From Antedon mediterranea (lineage: Eukaryota; Animalia; Echinodermata), in assembly GCF_964355755.1 (NCBI RefSeq), contig NC_092674.1, positions 14,942,001 through 15,006,000 on the forward strand: a DNA stretch of 64,000 nucleotides, written 5' to 3'. Both the position numbers and the translations under genes were made by a program. This document shows, piece by piece, positions 63,136 to 64,000 of this stretch (positions are counted from its first letter, which is position 1; the number at the start of each line of letters is the position of its first letter). Below the pieces are notes generated by a model, which did no database searches, was not told where the DNA came from, and was given only the letters and a program-made list of their open reading frames with translations.

Positions 63136-63950
63136 TTTGTTTGTTTGTTTTTATTGATTTTCCACACAAAATGAATATGATAATTAAGTAACAATAAACA
63201 TATATATACACAAGAAAGATGTGTGGCTGGTGGACAAATATGTTCAAAGGACTTTAAGGCTTACCCACCAGAAAAGATACAATAAACATTATCAAGTATA
63301 ACGAGTAATTAATACATAGTAAGAATATAAAATAAGAAGTAAAAATACATAAGTAAAATAAAAAATTTAAAACGTAAATAAATAAGAAAAACAGAGTATA
63401 AGTTATTAAAATGAATCATAAGTGTTTTAAACTTTAGCATTTGCACAAGAAATAATAAGTTAATAATAAGTTAATAATAATAATAAATACGTAGTATTTA
63501 AGTACTAATAAATTATTTATTATATTCAGAGACTAAAAGCTTTTTGTAGTTGTATTTAAAACTAGAGACTGTACATTTTCTTTTTAACTCCTGTGAGATA
63601 ACTCTCCAGAGCTTAGGTCCAACATAAAAAACAGAGTGACGACGGAGCTTATAAAACGACTTATCAGAAATAAAATTATTTATCGAACTTCTAGTGTTAT
63701 GTGTATGACCTTCAGCAGTTTTTGAAAATAGAGAACTTATATGAAAAGGCAAGATATTTTTAGATAAGCGGAACATAAATAGAGCTATCTGAAGCTTATG
63801 CAAATCATAAATGTTTAGAACGTTAAGCTTATGAAAAAGTAATTTCGAATGTGATCTATAAGATTGCCCTACACAAATACGTATAGCACGTTTTTGTAAT
63901 TTGAACAAGCAGTCAATATGGGTAGTCTCATTACTAAGCCATGGGCACAA
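63136..63950 (-). mobile_element. 5'-truncated L2/Crack-type LINE, minus strand
   Basis: LFKLQKRAIRI...HSKLLFHKLNVLNIYDL...HTHNTRS...SVFYVGPKLW...FKYNYKKLL*; AT-rich UTR, AATAAA and (AAAC)n tail. Confidence 0.87.
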
Positions 63951-64000
63951 TGTATCGAACTTATCTAAGTTAATTATGCGTGTTTCAAATGCCTCCGACG

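Overview
AT-rich eukaryotic (animal, probably marine invertebrate) DNA with GT-AG introns. I found no intact host gene, rRNA, CRISPR array or prokaryotic operon. The window is a nested mosaic of decayed transposable elements from about 13 superfamilies: Gypsy, Copia, CR1/L2/Crack and Rex-Babar LINEs, hAT, Harbinger, CMC/EnSpm, Kolobok-like, Academ-like, pogo/Tigger, MULE, P, Zator-like, piggyBac and Helitron/Helentron-like. It also holds several MITEs and two tandem arrays. Main observations: (1) almost every recognisable TE coding fragment is on the + strand, as expected for a flamenco-like unistrand piRNA cluster transcribed from the - strand; (2) a candidate ~24.5-kb EnSpm/CMC element carries a protein-kinase gene, a transposase and a BEN-domain gene; (3) a 65-copy 37-bp satellite has grown from the exon1/intron1 junction of a hAT transposase, each unit being an in-frame 18-nt micro-exon plus a GT..AG spacer; (4) three micro-palindromes with 7-bp TSDs look like P-element excision footprints. 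Family calls come from reading protein and DNA motifs by eye, with no database search, and boundaries of decayed fragments are approximate.
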